The notes under the pieces were generated by a model, which was given only the letters and a program-made list of their open reading frames with translations, did not search any database and was not told the origin of the DNA. Of a stretch of DNA of 64,000 nt, positions 1-9,520 are shown in pieces. Where the stretch lies: contig JBGSSJ010000012.1 of NCBI GenBank assembly GCA_041737125.1, positions 2,637-66,636 on the forward strand. Direction: 5' to 3'. The number at the start of each line of letters is the position of its first letter. Positions within the stretch are counted from its first letter, which is position 1. This DNA is from Minisyncoccia bacterium. GTDB taxonomy: Bacteria > Patescibacteriota > Minisyncoccia > Phycocordibacterales > UBA9973. The position numbers and the translations under genes were made by a program.

Positions 1-1224
1 GAAGGACGCGTTTGCATACTCGATGTCGCGAGGGCTATCTAAGTTCTTGATCAAACCTGAAGTCTCGTTCGGTAAGTCTATACCTGTCTTCTCGCCTATA
101 CCGTATGCTTTCATGTATTTGCGCATATCATCGTGGCCAAGCTTCTCTTCGACGAACACCATACCTGTGTTTAGTGACTGGTCGAGCACTGTCTGCATGG
201 ATGCAAGTCCGCGTGCTTTCATGTCGAAGTTATTTATCTCTTTCTTATTCACTATCACAACTCCTTTATCCATATATGTCGTCTCGGGAGTAACTACACC
301 TTTATCTAGAGCTGCAGCCATCACTAGTGGCTTGATAACTGATCCGAACTCAAACACACTCTCAACGATTGGATTCTTAAAATACTCGACACTATCTACT
401 TCGCGGAAATTATTCAAATCAAAGTCAGGCAAGCCTGCTATGGCATATATCTCCCCCGTATTCGGGTCTATAATCACACCACCTGCTTGATCGGCATCCC
501 ATTTATCAAGTGCATTTTTAAGCTCTCCTTCGAGTGTGTGCTGAGTTGAAGGCTCGATAGTAGTTATGATGTCACCTTGGCTCTTCTCTCCTGTGACAGT
601 GTCACTAATGTCAGAGAAGACTTCTGCAAAAAAGTTCACATATATCTCATCTTTAGGTTTGGATAATGTATCGTTGTAAAAGCGTTCGAGTCCATACTGA
701 CCAACTCTGTCATCTTCCTTGAAAGCAAGGAACCCTAGAGTCTGAGAAGCTAAGTTATTCCCAGGATAGAAGCGCCAGTTGTCCTTGTAAATAGACACGG
801 CAGGAATCTTCAGGCTACTTATGGCATCTGCTTGTTCTTTCGATAAATGGACTTGTATTTCTTCGTATGGATCATTCACTTTACTAGCACGTGCAATGAA
901 TGTGTCATAATCCATCTCTATGTATGGGTCGAGTGCTTTATAAAGCTCTTCTTTATCTGTCACATTTTTAGGATTTATAGCGACTTTGAATCCAGATGAC
1001 ATGGTGCCAGCTGCTACGAGCGAATTATCCTTCTTTGTGAAGAATATAGAACCTCTGTCGAATATGTTACCTGCAGGGGTCGCATATAGCTTATCTGCAC
1101 GCGCTTCATATTTGCTTGCATCGATAACTTGCACGTAGAAAAGCTTGAGTACAAGTACACAAGAAAAAACAAAGACGATTACTGAAATGGCCTTTATTCG
1201 AGATTGGAACAATGATGCTTTCAT
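1..1224 (-). CDS. ftsI: Penicillin-binding protein, FtsI/PBP3-like transpeptidase (3' end runs off the window)
   Basis: Not in the ORF track. The ATG at 1224 overlaps the upstream TAA. My translation: MKASLFQSRIKAISVIVFVFSCVLVLKLFYVQV...DRGSIFF...RFYPGNNLASQTLGF...GQYGLERFY...FEFGSVIKP (SxxK). Follows mraZ-rsmH-ftsL. Confidence 0.88.
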   Translation of the reverse strand, partial: MKASLFQSRIKAISVIVFVFSCVLVLKLFYVQVIDASKYEARADKLYATPAGNIFDRGSIFFTKKDNSLVAAGTMSSGFKVAINPKNVTDKEELYKALDPYIEMDYDTFIARASKVNDPYEEIQVHLSKEQADAISSLKIPAVSIYKDNWRFYPGNNLASQTLGFLAFKEDDRVGQYGLERFYNDTLSKPKDEIYVNFFAEVFSDISDTVTGEKSQGDIITTIEPSTQHTLEGELKNALDKWDADQAGGVIIDPNTGEIYAIAGLPDFDLNNFREVDSVEYFKNPIVESVFEFGSVIKPLVMAAALDKGVVTPETTYMDKGVVIVNKKEINNFDMKARGLASMQTVLDQSLNTGMVFVEEKLGHDDMRKYMKAYGIGEKTGIDLPNETSGLIKNLDSPRDIEYANASF

Positions 1225-1541
1225 TATCTTATAGCAACTTCTGTACTTGCGCGTGTAGCAAAGATGCTATTCTTCGCATCGACAAAGCCAAGCTCTGTAG
1301 CATAAGTCCTGTCTATCTTATTTGTACTTGCAAGATAAGTAAGCTCAAGTGTACCCACTTTATTAGTTAGATCTTTGGAAGTAGCCTCTAGTGATTTACG
1401 AGCAAGAACATTGAAAGTAATAGAACCAATAAGATAAACATAAGTTACAGAGAGGACTATAAGAGCGCTTATAAGTATACGAAGTATCATCTTCTGTGTG
1501 TATCTATCATTTACCATTTCTATTGTTTTTGTTTTGCTCAT
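1224..1541 (-). CDS. FtsL-like cell division protein
   Basis: Single TM helix, then a coiled coil and the C-terminal 'ATELGF' motif; located between rsmH and ftsI. Confidence 0.65.
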   Translation of the reverse strand: MSKTKTIEMVNDRYTQKMILRILISALIVLSVTYVYLIGSITFNVLARKSLEATSKDLTNKVGTLELTYLASTNKIDRTYATELGFVDAKNSIFATRASTEVAIR

Positions 1542-1553
1542 ATTATTTTGTTA

Positions 1554-2447
1554 TTATATTTTTTCTATTATTCTTAATTTGGCTGAACGTGATCTTTTAT
1601 TTAAATTTATCTCTTCATCTGTAGGTATTATTGGCTTCTTGGTTATAATGTTTGCATATCCCTTTTGCTTTAATTCTACGAATGCCCTCTTCACTATTCG
1701 GTCCTCAAGGCTATGGAAAGTAATGATTGCTATTCTTCCGCCGATTGATAACTTATCAAAACCTTTCTCTATGACCTTCTCTAGATTAGTCAGTTCGCTA
1801 TTCGTGGCTATGCGGAGTGCTTGGAATGTGCGTGTGCTTGGATGAATTTTCAGTCCTCTGTATGATCTGCCGACAGCTTTATCTATAATTGCTACTAGGT
1901 CGAAAGTAGTCTCTATACTTTTCTCGCGTCTTGCTTCGACTATCGCTTTAGCTATTCTTCGAGAATACTTCTCTTCACCGAAGCCATAGATGATGTCTGC
2001 GAGTGTCTCTTCTCCCCAAGTGTTCACTATGTCACGGGCTGTCAAGTCTTCCTCTGTAGGATTTTTCTTCATGGTCATGAGCAATGGCTCGTCCCTCATG
2101 AATGAGAATCCACGACCGGCAATATCGAGCTCGAAAGATGATACACCAAGATCAAGCAGTATGCGGTCCACATGAGGCATATTGAGCTCAGCCAAGACTT
2201 TATCAATATCTTGGAAGCCAATAGTTCGGTAGACTACATCGTGGTCAACTTCACCTATCTGTGCTTTCGCGCGTGCGATAGCATCAGAGTCGAGGTCGAG
2301 TCCGATGATCTTCACACCGGAACCAAATCTACGAATGATTTCTGATGTATGTCCTCCACCGCCTAGTGTGCCGTCTACAATGATATCTCCGGACTTTATA
2401 GCGAGTCCATCGATTGTCTCATCTTTGAGTACGGGAATATGTGTCAT
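1554..2447 (-). CDS. rsmH: 16S rRNA m4C1402 methyltransferase RsmH (MraW)
   Basis: HIPVL, DGTLGGGGH, DLGVSS, HPSTRTFQALRI, FHSLEDRIVK, RSRSAKLR motifs. Confidence 0.97.
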   Translation of the reverse strand: MTHIPVLKDETIDGLAIKSGDIIVDGTLGGGGHTSEIIRRFGSGVKIIGLDLDSDAIARAKAQIGEVDHDVVYRTIGFQDIDKVLAELNMPHVDRILLDLGVSSFELDIAGRGFSFMRDEPLLMTMKKNPTEEDLTARDIVNTWGEETLADIIYGFGEEKYSRRIAKAIVEARREKSIETTFDLVAIIDKAVGRSYRGLKIHPSTRTFQALRIATNSELTNLEKVIEKGFDKLSIGGRIAIITFHSLEDRIVKRAFVELKQKGYANIITKKPIIPTDEEINLNKRSRSAKLRIIEKI

Positions 2448-2448
2448 A

Positions 2449-2883
2449 TTAAAGAACTCCTATCTGCCCTAATTTATCTGCGAGGGCGTCGGCTTGTCCA
2501 TCTACAATCTTCTTGTAATCATTCCAAGACTTTTCGTTCCAGATTTCTGCGCGATTCTGTACTCCGATAACTATCACCTTACTGGTAAGTCCTGAACGAT
2601 TCTTTAAATTATCCGGGATTAATATTCGGCCTTGAGAGTCCACATCAATCTGGACTGCCTGACCAAAGATAAATCTCGAAAAACTTCTATTATCGCTCGC
2701 TATCATCGAACCATCAGATAATTTACTTGCTATCTTCTCCCACTCTTTTGTAGTGAAAATGGAAAGACAATTATCAAGCCCTGGTGCTACAACAACACTC
2801 TTCCCCATTTCCTTTCGGAACTTTACTGGAAGTGACATTCTGTTTTTATCATCTAGTGTGTGAGTGTATTCTCCGATGAGCAT
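2449..2883 (-). CDS. mraZ: Transcriptional regulator MraZ
   Basis: MLIGEYTHTLDDKNRMSLP...DSQGRILIP...AEIW. Start set at ATG 2883 rather than the longer ORF. Confidence 0.95.
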   Translation of the reverse strand: MLIGEYTHTLDDKNRMSLPVKFRKEMGKSVVVAPGLDNCLSIFTTKEWEKIASKLSDGSMIASDNRSFSRFIFGQAVQIDVDSQGRILIPDNLKNRSGLTSKVIVIGVQNRAEIWNEKSWNDYKKIVDGQADALADKLGQIGVL

Positions 2884-2927
2884 AATAATGAAGTGAAATA
2901 AGGTTATTTTTGTAAAATCTAGTTTTA

Positions 2928-2992
2928 CCACTTTATCCCACTTGGTTTAATTATAAACCACTTTGCCCCACAATACAACAAAAAATACCCAC
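2928..2992 (-). promoter_or_regulatory. mraZ/dcw promoter with MraZ-box repeats
   Basis: GTGG on the minus strand (CCAC on +) at 2928, 2938, 2958, 2968 and 2989, mostly in 10-bp phase. TTGTAT (2978-2973), 17 bp, TATAAT (2955-2950). Confidence 0.75.
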
Positions 2993-2997
2993 AAAAC

Positions 2998-3006
2998 TGT
3001 GGATAA
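2998..3006. promoter_or_regulatory. DnaA box
   Basis: Perfect TGTGGATAA (TTATCCACA on minus); single copy. Confidence 0.55.
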
Positions 3007-3059
3007 CAATTAGAGGTAAATTTGACTTATATTGGAATTGTAGTATTATACTTTTTAGT

Positions 3060-3226
3060 TAGTTCTTTTGAAGGTTGGGTATACCAGTGGGGTTAAATAT
3101 AATTAACTCTACTTATAGATTTGACTAATCTTGTATTCTATAGAGTCAAGCTATATTAGGTAGGCCGAGGGCCAGCCCATACAAAGGAGCAGAGCCGTCC
3201 GGTATTTATACTGGATGGCTTTTTTT
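3060..3226 (+). ncRNA. Candidate orphan structured ncRNA
   Basis: TTGACT (3022-3027) and TATTAT (3044-3049) promoter-like boxes, nested stems with G-U pairs favouring the + strand, intrinsic terminator 3193-3226, no ORF. Confidence 0.55.
3193..3226 (+). terminator. Rho-independent terminator
   Basis: AGCCGTCCGGTAT-TT-ATACTGGATGGCT followed by a T-run on +. Confidence 0.8.
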
Positions 3227-3240
3227 ATTCATAAAATATT

Positions 3241-4728
3241 TTATTCTTTTGGTCTCATTATTGGGAAGAAGATTACATCCCTTAGATTTTTCTGTTCTGT
3301 GAATATTGCCACTAGTCTATCTATACCCATACCGAATCCTGTCATAGGAGGCATGCCATGCTCCATAGCTGTAAGAAAAGTCTCACTCACATCCATCGCT
3401 TCCGCATCACCTCCTTCTTTTGCTTTCGCTTGCGATACTAGTAGCTCGCGTTGTACTGTAGGGTCTACCAACTCTGCGTACTGATTCGTGATTTCCGCAC
3501 CGGCGATAATAAGCTGGCAAACTTTTGCAGTATTATTGGCATTCTGTTGAGCGAGTGGCTTCAAATCTCCTGGGAAGTCTGTGACGAATGTAGGATTGAT
3601 AATCTTCTTCCTTGAAGACTTCTTGTAAATCTTGTCGAGCAAGTTCCCTCTGCCTAATCTTTTCACTTCATCCTCATTTACTCCCCACTTGAGAGCTTGT
3701 GCTTGTGCATCTTCTAAGGTAATAGTTTCTATATCTATATCTGCATCACGTTTTAATAATTCACCGAAAGTTATGCGTGGCCACTCTCCACTTAAATCTA
3801 CATCAGTAATATTACCTTCATTATCATAAACCTTGAAAGTCGTCTTACCCATTACATCACTTGCTATGGACTTGATAAGTTCTTCTGTCCAAGCCATATT
3901 CGTATCTAGGCTCTGGTAAGCAGCATACCACTCAATCATAGTGAATTCTTGCAAGTGAGTAGGGTCAGATCCTTCATTCCTGAAATTCTTCCCTATCTCA
4001 TAGACGCGCTCATAACCTCCTACCATAAGCATCTTGTGCTCAAGCTCAAGTGCAATACGGAGAACCATATCCATATCATAATCATTGTGGTGAGTATTGA
4101 AAGTCTCTGCCATGGCACCACCTGCTTGGTTCTGTAGTATTGGTGTCTCTATTTCTAGGAAGTTCTTATTATCAAAAAAGGCTCTGATGAATTTAATAAT
4201 CTGGGAACGGATGATAAACCGATTATAAACTTCCGGGTCCATAAGTATATCTAAGTACCTCTTCCTGTAAGTCTCTTCTGTGTCTTGTAGTCCGTGCCAT
4301 TTATCTGGAAGTGGGAGGAGGGCTTTCGTAGCCATCTGCCACTCTTTGATCAGAATGCTCTGTTCCCCTCTTTGGGTAACAAAGAGTGAGCCAGTTACAG
4401 AAATGAAATCACCATTATCTATAGTATCTACGAATAGATTAAATACACTCTCTTCTAGTGTATCCCTCTTCAGTACAGCTTGGAGTTTGGCATCGCCGTC
4501 TTGTAGCACTACGAAAAGTATGGCTCCTTGTCCACGCACAATCATAACTCTACCTACTATGGAAATACTCTTCTCTTCTGAAAGAGGTGCTAACTTGTCA
4601 AAGGAACTTTTCACTTCCGCTATAGAGTAATCACGCGCAACCGACGCCGGGTATGGATCCATACCTGCTTCTTTTAATTTGTTTATTTTAACTATTCGAG
4701 CTTGTCTTAATTCTTCTATTGAGGCCAT
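3241..4728 (-). CDS. lysS: Lysine--tRNA ligase, class II
   Basis: YRKRYLD, FLEIETPIL, YEIGKNFRNEG, EFTMIEWY, GMPPMTGFGMGIDRL. Start set at ATG 4728. Confidence 0.97.
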   Translation of the reverse strand: MASIEELRQARIVKINKLKEAGMDPYPASVARDYSIAEVKSSFDKLAPLSEEKSISIVGRVMIVRGQGAILFVVLQDGDAKLQAVLKRDTLEESVFNLFVDTIDNGDFISVTGSLFVTQRGEQSILIKEWQMATKALLPLPDKWHGLQDTEETYRKRYLDILMDPEVYNRFIIRSQIIKFIRAFFDNKNFLEIETPILQNQAGGAMAETFNTHHNDYDMDMVLRIALELEHKMLMVGGYERVYEIGKNFRNEGSDPTHLQEFTMIEWYAAYQSLDTNMAWTEELIKSIASDVMGKTTFKVYDNEGNITDVDLSGEWPRITFGELLKRDADIDIETITLEDAQAQALKWGVNEDEVKRLGRGNLLDKIYKKSSRKKIINPTFVTDFPGDLKPLAQQNANNTAKVCQLIIAGAEITNQYAELVDPTVQRELLVSQAKAKEGGDAEAMDVSETFLTAMEHGMPPMTGFGMGIDRLVAIFTEQKNLRDVIFFPIMRPKE

Positions 4729-4732
4729 AGGT

Positions 4733-5197
4733 CTATTGTATATCAACAATAGTGTATTTGGCTAGTCCCTTTGGAGTGTTGATAGAGACTACATCCTTTT
4801 TAGCTTTGCCGAAGAGTGCTTCACCGAGTGGTGACTTGTTGGATATTTTATTCTTGGACATGTCAGCTTCCTCTGCACCTACGATGCTGTAAGTCACTGT
4901 GTCTTTCGCACCTTCTTTCTTCACTACTACTGTAGTGCCTATTTCTACTTTATCACTGTGGTGCTTCTTCACGACGACAGCTGACTGAATCATATACTCA
5001 ATCTGATTTATGCGGTCCTCTGTTTTACCTTGATCCTCACGAGCTTGGTGGTATTCGGCATTCTCGGACAAATCACCCAAGGCTTTCGCTGCCTCTAAAG
5101 ATTCTAATATTTCTTTGCGCTTTACTGTTTTTAAATTGTTTAATTCTTCAATTAAAGCCTTCTTTTTTTCCTCTGTTATATAATGTATTTCATCCAT
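4733..5197 (-). CDS. greA: Transcription elongation factor GreA
   Basis: GDLSENAEYHQA and ISNKSPLGEAL motifs. Confidence 0.96.
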   Translation of the reverse strand: MDEIHYITEEKKKALIEELNNLKTVKRKEILESLEAAKALGDLSENAEYHQAREDQGKTEDRINQIEYMIQSAVVVKKHHSDKVEIGTTVVVKKEGAKDTVTYSIVGAEEADMSKNKISNKSPLGEALFGKAKKDVVSINTPKGLAKYTIVDIQ

Positions 5198-5336
5198 CAC
5201 GTATGAAGTAGTCTTTCGTAGACAGACGTACTTAATTAAAATAATAAATCAAAATATGGATCATGATGTGCCCTAATTCAAACCATCAAATAGAACATGT
5301 ATGACTTCATACGTGATCCATAATCGTCGTAGTATA
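5196..5336 (-). promoter_or_regulatory. greA promoter and structured 5' leader
   Basis: TATACT at 5336-5331. Perfect 14-bp inverted repeat 5304-5317 / 5196-5209 covering the greA start. Competing 9-bp helix with 5255-5263. Confidence 0.6.
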
Positions 5337-5363
5337 TAGGTTTTTGAATGATAAGTAAAGGGC

Positions 5364-7061
5364 TTACTTCAAATATTCTGGCGCATAGACGCTCATATAG
5401 TCTATGACTTCGCTCATAACTCGAGTCGCATTACCGGAAGCACTCTTTGGTCCGCGCTCAAGCAACACTGCAAATGAATAGCGTGGGTTTTCATATGGGA
5501 AATAACCAACAATCCATGAGTTCGTATTCGTATTGCCCAAGCCCACCTGTGCCGTACCAGACTTCGCAGCAACTTCGACAGAAGAGAGATTAAGCGCCAT
5601 ACCAGTACCCTCGGTCACAACTTTGCGCATACCACTCTTTATAATTTTCAACTTCTCTAAATCAAGCTCTATTACATCTTTCTTGTCTCTGAAGTTCGGA
5701 TCATCGTGTAAGACATGTGGTGTATACATCACACCATCATTGGCAATACCTGCGACAGCTTTCGCCATCTGTATAGGTGTGACTTGGAAGCCGTACTGAC
5801 CGATGGAAGTGTTGTAAGTGTCACCCACGCGCCATATATCACCTTTGAAAGTTTTCTCTTTCCACTCCGGTGTAGGTATGACTCCACCCTTCTCACCTGA
5901 GAGATCTACTCCAGTCTTCTCTGCAATTTTAAATAAACTTATGTACTCATCAATTTTCGCAATTCCTAGACCCTTCTGATCTTGGTATCCACCTCCAATC
6001 TGATAGAAATATATATCAGAAGATACAGCAATAGCTCTCTCCATATCTACATAACCGAATACTCCGTGATCTTTAAAAATAGACTTCTTGTCTGGAAAAT
6101 AAGGGTTAGGTATAGACATAGTACCATTGGAAAGAATCTGCTTAAAAGGACTAATAATCTCTTCTTTCAACGCTCCATATGCAACGAAAGGTTTAACAAT
6201 AGAGCCAGGACTGTATAGGCCTGCGATTGATCTATTCAAAAATACTTTCCTTTTATCAGAGAAGTAGCCACTGATTGTTTTCTTATCTTTACCTGCTGAT
6301 AATATTGTAGAGTTGTACTCAGGATAACTTGTAAGAGTCAGTAATTCTCCTGTCTTTATATCCATAATCACTCCGGCTCCACCAGAGAAATTTACACTTG
6401 TCGCCATGTTTGCAATAGACTCATACATTTTATTCTGTATCCGAGAGTCTATAGCAAGCTTTAGATTATCACCTGCTTTCGGTGGTGTAACTATGTTCTC
6501 AGAATGAATTTTACCTGCAACATCCATCTCAGTTATGCGGACGCCATTCTCTCCTATTATTTTATCATTATAGACCTTCTCTACACCGTCCTTACCGATG
6601 AAATCTTGTTGCCAATAATTGCCCGATGAATCTTTCGCAGGAATACTGACATAACCCAAAAGTGAACTGAAGCCACCCATGGTTGTATAAGTTCTACTTG
6701 GTGAAGAGAATTTATTTAGATCATTTACATCCCAAGTGTTCCATGCGAGAACCACATCATTCCTGTCATAAATAAGACCTCTGTCAGCAAAGATTGGCTG
6801 CTTAGATAGAGTATTGTTTTCACTTTTTTTATAAAGTTCCTCACCCTTGGCGATTTGCAGATTACCAAGCTGGAATAAGAATATAATAGTAACAGAGAAG
6901 AAGAATATTCCGAGCGATATAATAGATCGCTTTGGTATGGCTTTCTCTAGACGTCCTTCGAATTGTTGAGTATTAAAGTTCGGTAAATTCTTCGAGTCGA
7001 GAAATATCTCGTCTGGATCAATGCCTCCTATTATTTTTCTTCTTCTTTTAAAGTTGATCAT
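5364..7061 (-). CDS. mrdA: Penicillin-binding protein 2 (MrdA-like)
   Basis: N-terminal TM, DRGLIYDRN, SIVK (SxxK), SSD (SxN-like), KSGTAQ. Confidence 0.88.
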   Translation of the reverse strand: MINFKRRRKIIGGIDPDEIFLDSKNLPNFNTQQFEGRLEKAIPKRSIISLGIFFFSVTIIFLFQLGNLQIAKGEELYKKSENNTLSKQPIFADRGLIYDRNDVVLAWNTWDVNDLNKFSSPSRTYTTMGGFSSLLGYVSIPAKDSSGNYWQQDFIGKDGVEKVYNDKIIGENGVRITEMDVAGKIHSENIVTPPKAGDNLKLAIDSRIQNKMYESIANMATSVNFSGGAGVIMDIKTGELLTLTSYPEYNSTILSAGKDKKTISGYFSDKRKVFLNRSIAGLYSPGSIVKPFVAYGALKEEIISPFKQILSNGTMSIPNPYFPDKKSIFKDHGVFGYVDMERAIAVSSDIYFYQIGGGYQDQKGLGIAKIDEYISLFKIAEKTGVDLSGEKGGVIPTPEWKEKTFKGDIWRVGDTYNTSIGQYGFQVTPIQMAKAVAGIANDGVMYTPHVLHDDPNFRDKKDVIELDLEKLKIIKSGMRKVVTEGTGMALNLSSVEVAAKSGTAQVGLGNTNTNSWIVGYFPYENPRYSFAVLLERGPKSASGNATRVMSEVIDYMSVYAPEYLK

Positions 7062-7320
7062 TGTTGTATAAAATAATATTTTTCTTTAATGCTTCTACTA
7101 TTATGTAAGCGAAGCTAATAATAACCGACATCCACAGTGGTGATGCAAGCACTCGCACGCCATCCACACCATAGAGTCCATAAATCATAATATTTATTAT
7201 TATAAATTCGTAGAAATCATGAAATAAGAATAGACCGATGAAAGACAAAGGAATACTAATCCACCAAGGTAGTATAAATACAGAAATTAATAACAAGACA
7301 TCATATAATACCCTTTTCAT
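7048..7320 (-). CDS. Small membrane protein, hypothetical (MreD-like position)
   Basis: About 90 aa, hydrophobic; overlaps the PBP2 start; TATAAT 6 nt upstream of ATG 7320. Confidence 0.7.
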   Translation of the reverse strand: MKRVLYDVLLLISVFILPWWISIPLSFIGLFLFHDFYEFIIINIMIYGLYGVDGVRVLASPLWMSVIISFAYIIVEALKKNIILYNNDQL

Positions 7321-7362
7321 GGAAGCATTATACTTCAAAATATCTCAAATTGACAAATTATA

Positions 7363-8190
7363 TTATCTGTTTCTTATTTTGTTGTAGATTGAACGTAATA
7401 TCCAGAATATAATCAGAATAATTAGTCCATAGAAAACTATTTTTGACCCTAATATAAAGCCAAGTATAATAAGGAAGAATAATTTTACATTCGCTATAGG
7501 GCCTTCTGTATTCTCAGACACCGTACTTGCTTTTCCAGCAGCAATATTACTATCATATCTCTCTCGTGCAATTTTTTGCTTTTCTTTGGCTGCTTCTTTG
7601 TCTGCTTGTATTCTTGTATTATTCTCAACTCGGAAAGTTTCAATTACATTAAAATTTTCTGATACTTTCTCTGATACAGAAGCAGGCACTATCTTGTCTA
7701 TATCACCCACAGCTTGCTCTACTTGATTCTTGATTATATCTTTACTGGAAACGGGTACTCCATCAATAACTTTCACAGCAACAGGAACGAAAACATTATC
7801 TTTATCTGTCTCACTTACACTAAGGGAAATATTCTGTTTCAAATTTGCTGTACCTACAGTAGAAGTAATAATTTTCGCAGAAATAGAGTGGTCACCAGAA
7901 GTGACGACCCAAGGGATAGATACTTCTTTTAGAGAATTCTTCAGGGCTACAACTTCACGCACACCAAGCACTGTAGTCTTGTCATAGAATTCTACTTTTA
8001 CATTTAGATCTTTAGTTCCTCCATTCCATACTGCTGTATATATCTTAATAATATCTTTCTCTTTCAAGGGCTCACTTGAATACCATATAGAGCCAGGTAT
8101 TAGACCAGTAGTGACAACTGAAGTCTCCGCATAGGAGAAAGTAGGATTTAAAAATAATAGAGAAATAAGGATAATTAGATATTTACGCAT
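7363..8190 (-). CDS. Hypothetical exported protein with Ig/CARDB-like domain and C-terminal TM anchor
   Basis: Signal peptide, beta-rich domain (IYTAVWNGG...VEFYD...WVVTSGDHSI), hydrophobic C-terminus. Confidence 0.7.
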   Translation of the reverse strand: MRKYLIILISLLFLNPTFSYAETSVVTTGLIPGSIWYSSEPLKEKDIIKIYTAVWNGGTKDLNVKVEFYDKTTVLGVREVVALKNSLKEVSIPWVVTSGDHSISAKIITSTVGTANLKQNISLSVSETDKDNVFVPVAVKVIDGVPVSSKDIIKNQVEQAVGDIDKIVPASVSEKVSENFNVIETFRVENNTRIQADKEAAKEKQKIARERYDSNIAAGKASTVSENTEGPIANVKLFFLIILGFILGSKIVFYGLIILIIFWILRSIYNKIRNR

Positions 8191-8193
8191 ATA

Positions 8194-9519
8194 TTATATT
8201 GTATCATCTTTTAAGATTTTATCACCCACCTTATACGCTTCGCCTGCTCCCATAGTCACAATTATATCTTTATTATTCATCTGTGGCAGAAATAATTCTA
8301 AATATTTATCTGTGCCTTCGAAATCATAGAATGCGTGAGCATTTGTTCCCTCTTTGTTTATACGCTCTACTAGAATATGTGAGGATATAGTGCCGTCATC
8401 TTCTTCGCGGGCGTGGTATATCGGTAATACAATTACAGCGTCAGCTTCCTTGAAGCTTGTAGCGAAGTCGGCTAGTAACAACTTAGTACGACTGAATAAA
8501 TGCGGCTGGAATATTACAGTTATAGCGTAGCCTTGCTCTTTCGGATAGAATTCGCGGAATCCTTGCAGTGTTGCCCTTATCTCTTTCGGATGGTGAGCAT
8601 AATCATCGTAAACCATTGCACCTGAACGAAGGGTGCCTTTGTGGTCGAAGCGGCGCCAAGTACCAGAGAATTCCATTAAAGATTTATCTATTTCTATACC
8701 TGGAACATCTAGTATTGAGCCCACAGCAGAAGCACAAGCTGCATTCTTCTTATTATGAAGACCTGGGATTTTCAATTTAAAATCAGGATTAAAAAAATCT
8801 TGATAATTTATAACTTTCGCATTTATACCTGTAACTACATCTTTTATATTCTTGTCATCTATATTACATACGACATATCCATCGCTTGGGACTTTCATCG
8901 CAAGAGTACGGAATGCACTTTTGATATCTTCTATATCTTTATAGTAATCCAAATGATCTTCGTCTACATTTGTTATGACCAAGATATTCGGATTTATATT
9001 TAGGAATGATCTTCTGTATTCACAAGATTCAACAACGAATAAATTACTATTCCCTTTCACAAAGTTAGTTCCATTCTTAAGCAAGCTACCTACCACCACT
9101 GTCGGGTCCTTACCTGCATCGTGTAATATGCCCGCTATCATACCGGTAGTTGTCGTCTTCCCGTGGGTTCCCGCTACTGCGACAGTGTATTTGTCTTTAC
9201 TGACTACTCCAAGCATTTCGGGATATGTAAGCACTGGCACACAGAGAGACTTTGCGTATTCTACGAGCTCAGGCCCAAGTGTCGTCCAAGCGATACTATA
9301 GACCACAAGCTCAGTGCCATCTGGTATAACAGAATCATCTTTACCAATCTTTGTATCTATCCCGATAGTGCGTAGTGAGGCTACCATGTCGAATTCCTCA
9401 AGATCATTCCCTGTGACAATCTTCCCCTCACCTATCATCATCCTCGCAATCGCTGAAATACCGATACCTCCGATACCGATAAAGTGGATATTTTTAATTT
9501 TAGTTAAATCTGGGTTCAT
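8194..9519 (-). CDS. murC: UDP-N-acetylmuramate--L-alanine ligase
   Basis: HFIGIGGIGISA, GTHGKTTTT, DHLDYY, DDYAHHP, FQPHLFSRT. Confidence 0.96.
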   Translation of the reverse strand: MNPDLTKIKNIHFIGIGGIGISAIARMMIGEGKIVTGNDLEEFDMVASLRTIGIDTKIGKDDSVIPDGTELVVYSIAWTTLGPELVEYAKSLCVPVLTYPEMLGVVSKDKYTVAVAGTHGKTTTTGMIAGILHDAGKDPTVVVGSLLKNGTNFVKGNSNLFVVESCEYRRSFLNINPNILVITNVDEDHLDYYKDIEDIKSAFRTLAMKVPSDGYVVCNIDDKNIKDVVTGINAKVINYQDFFNPDFKLKIPGLHNKKNAACASAVGSILDVPGIEIDKSLMEFSGTWRRFDHKGTLRSGAMVYDDYAHHPKEIRATLQGFREFYPKEQGYAITVIFQPHLFSRTKLLLADFATSFKEADAVIVLPIYHAREEDDGTISSHILVERINKEGTNAHAFYDFEGTDKYLELFLPQMNNKDIIVTMGAGEAYKVGDKILKDDTI

Positions 9520-9520
9520 G

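Noticed and set aside
23-490. + strand 155-aa ORF, and similar antisense ORFs over housekeeping genes throughout the window
   Set aside because: They lie opposite clearly recognisable genes (here ftsI) and have no motifs of their own.
2998-3006. Replication origin
   Set aside because: Only one perfect DnaA box, and no dnaA/dnaN or box cluster nearby.
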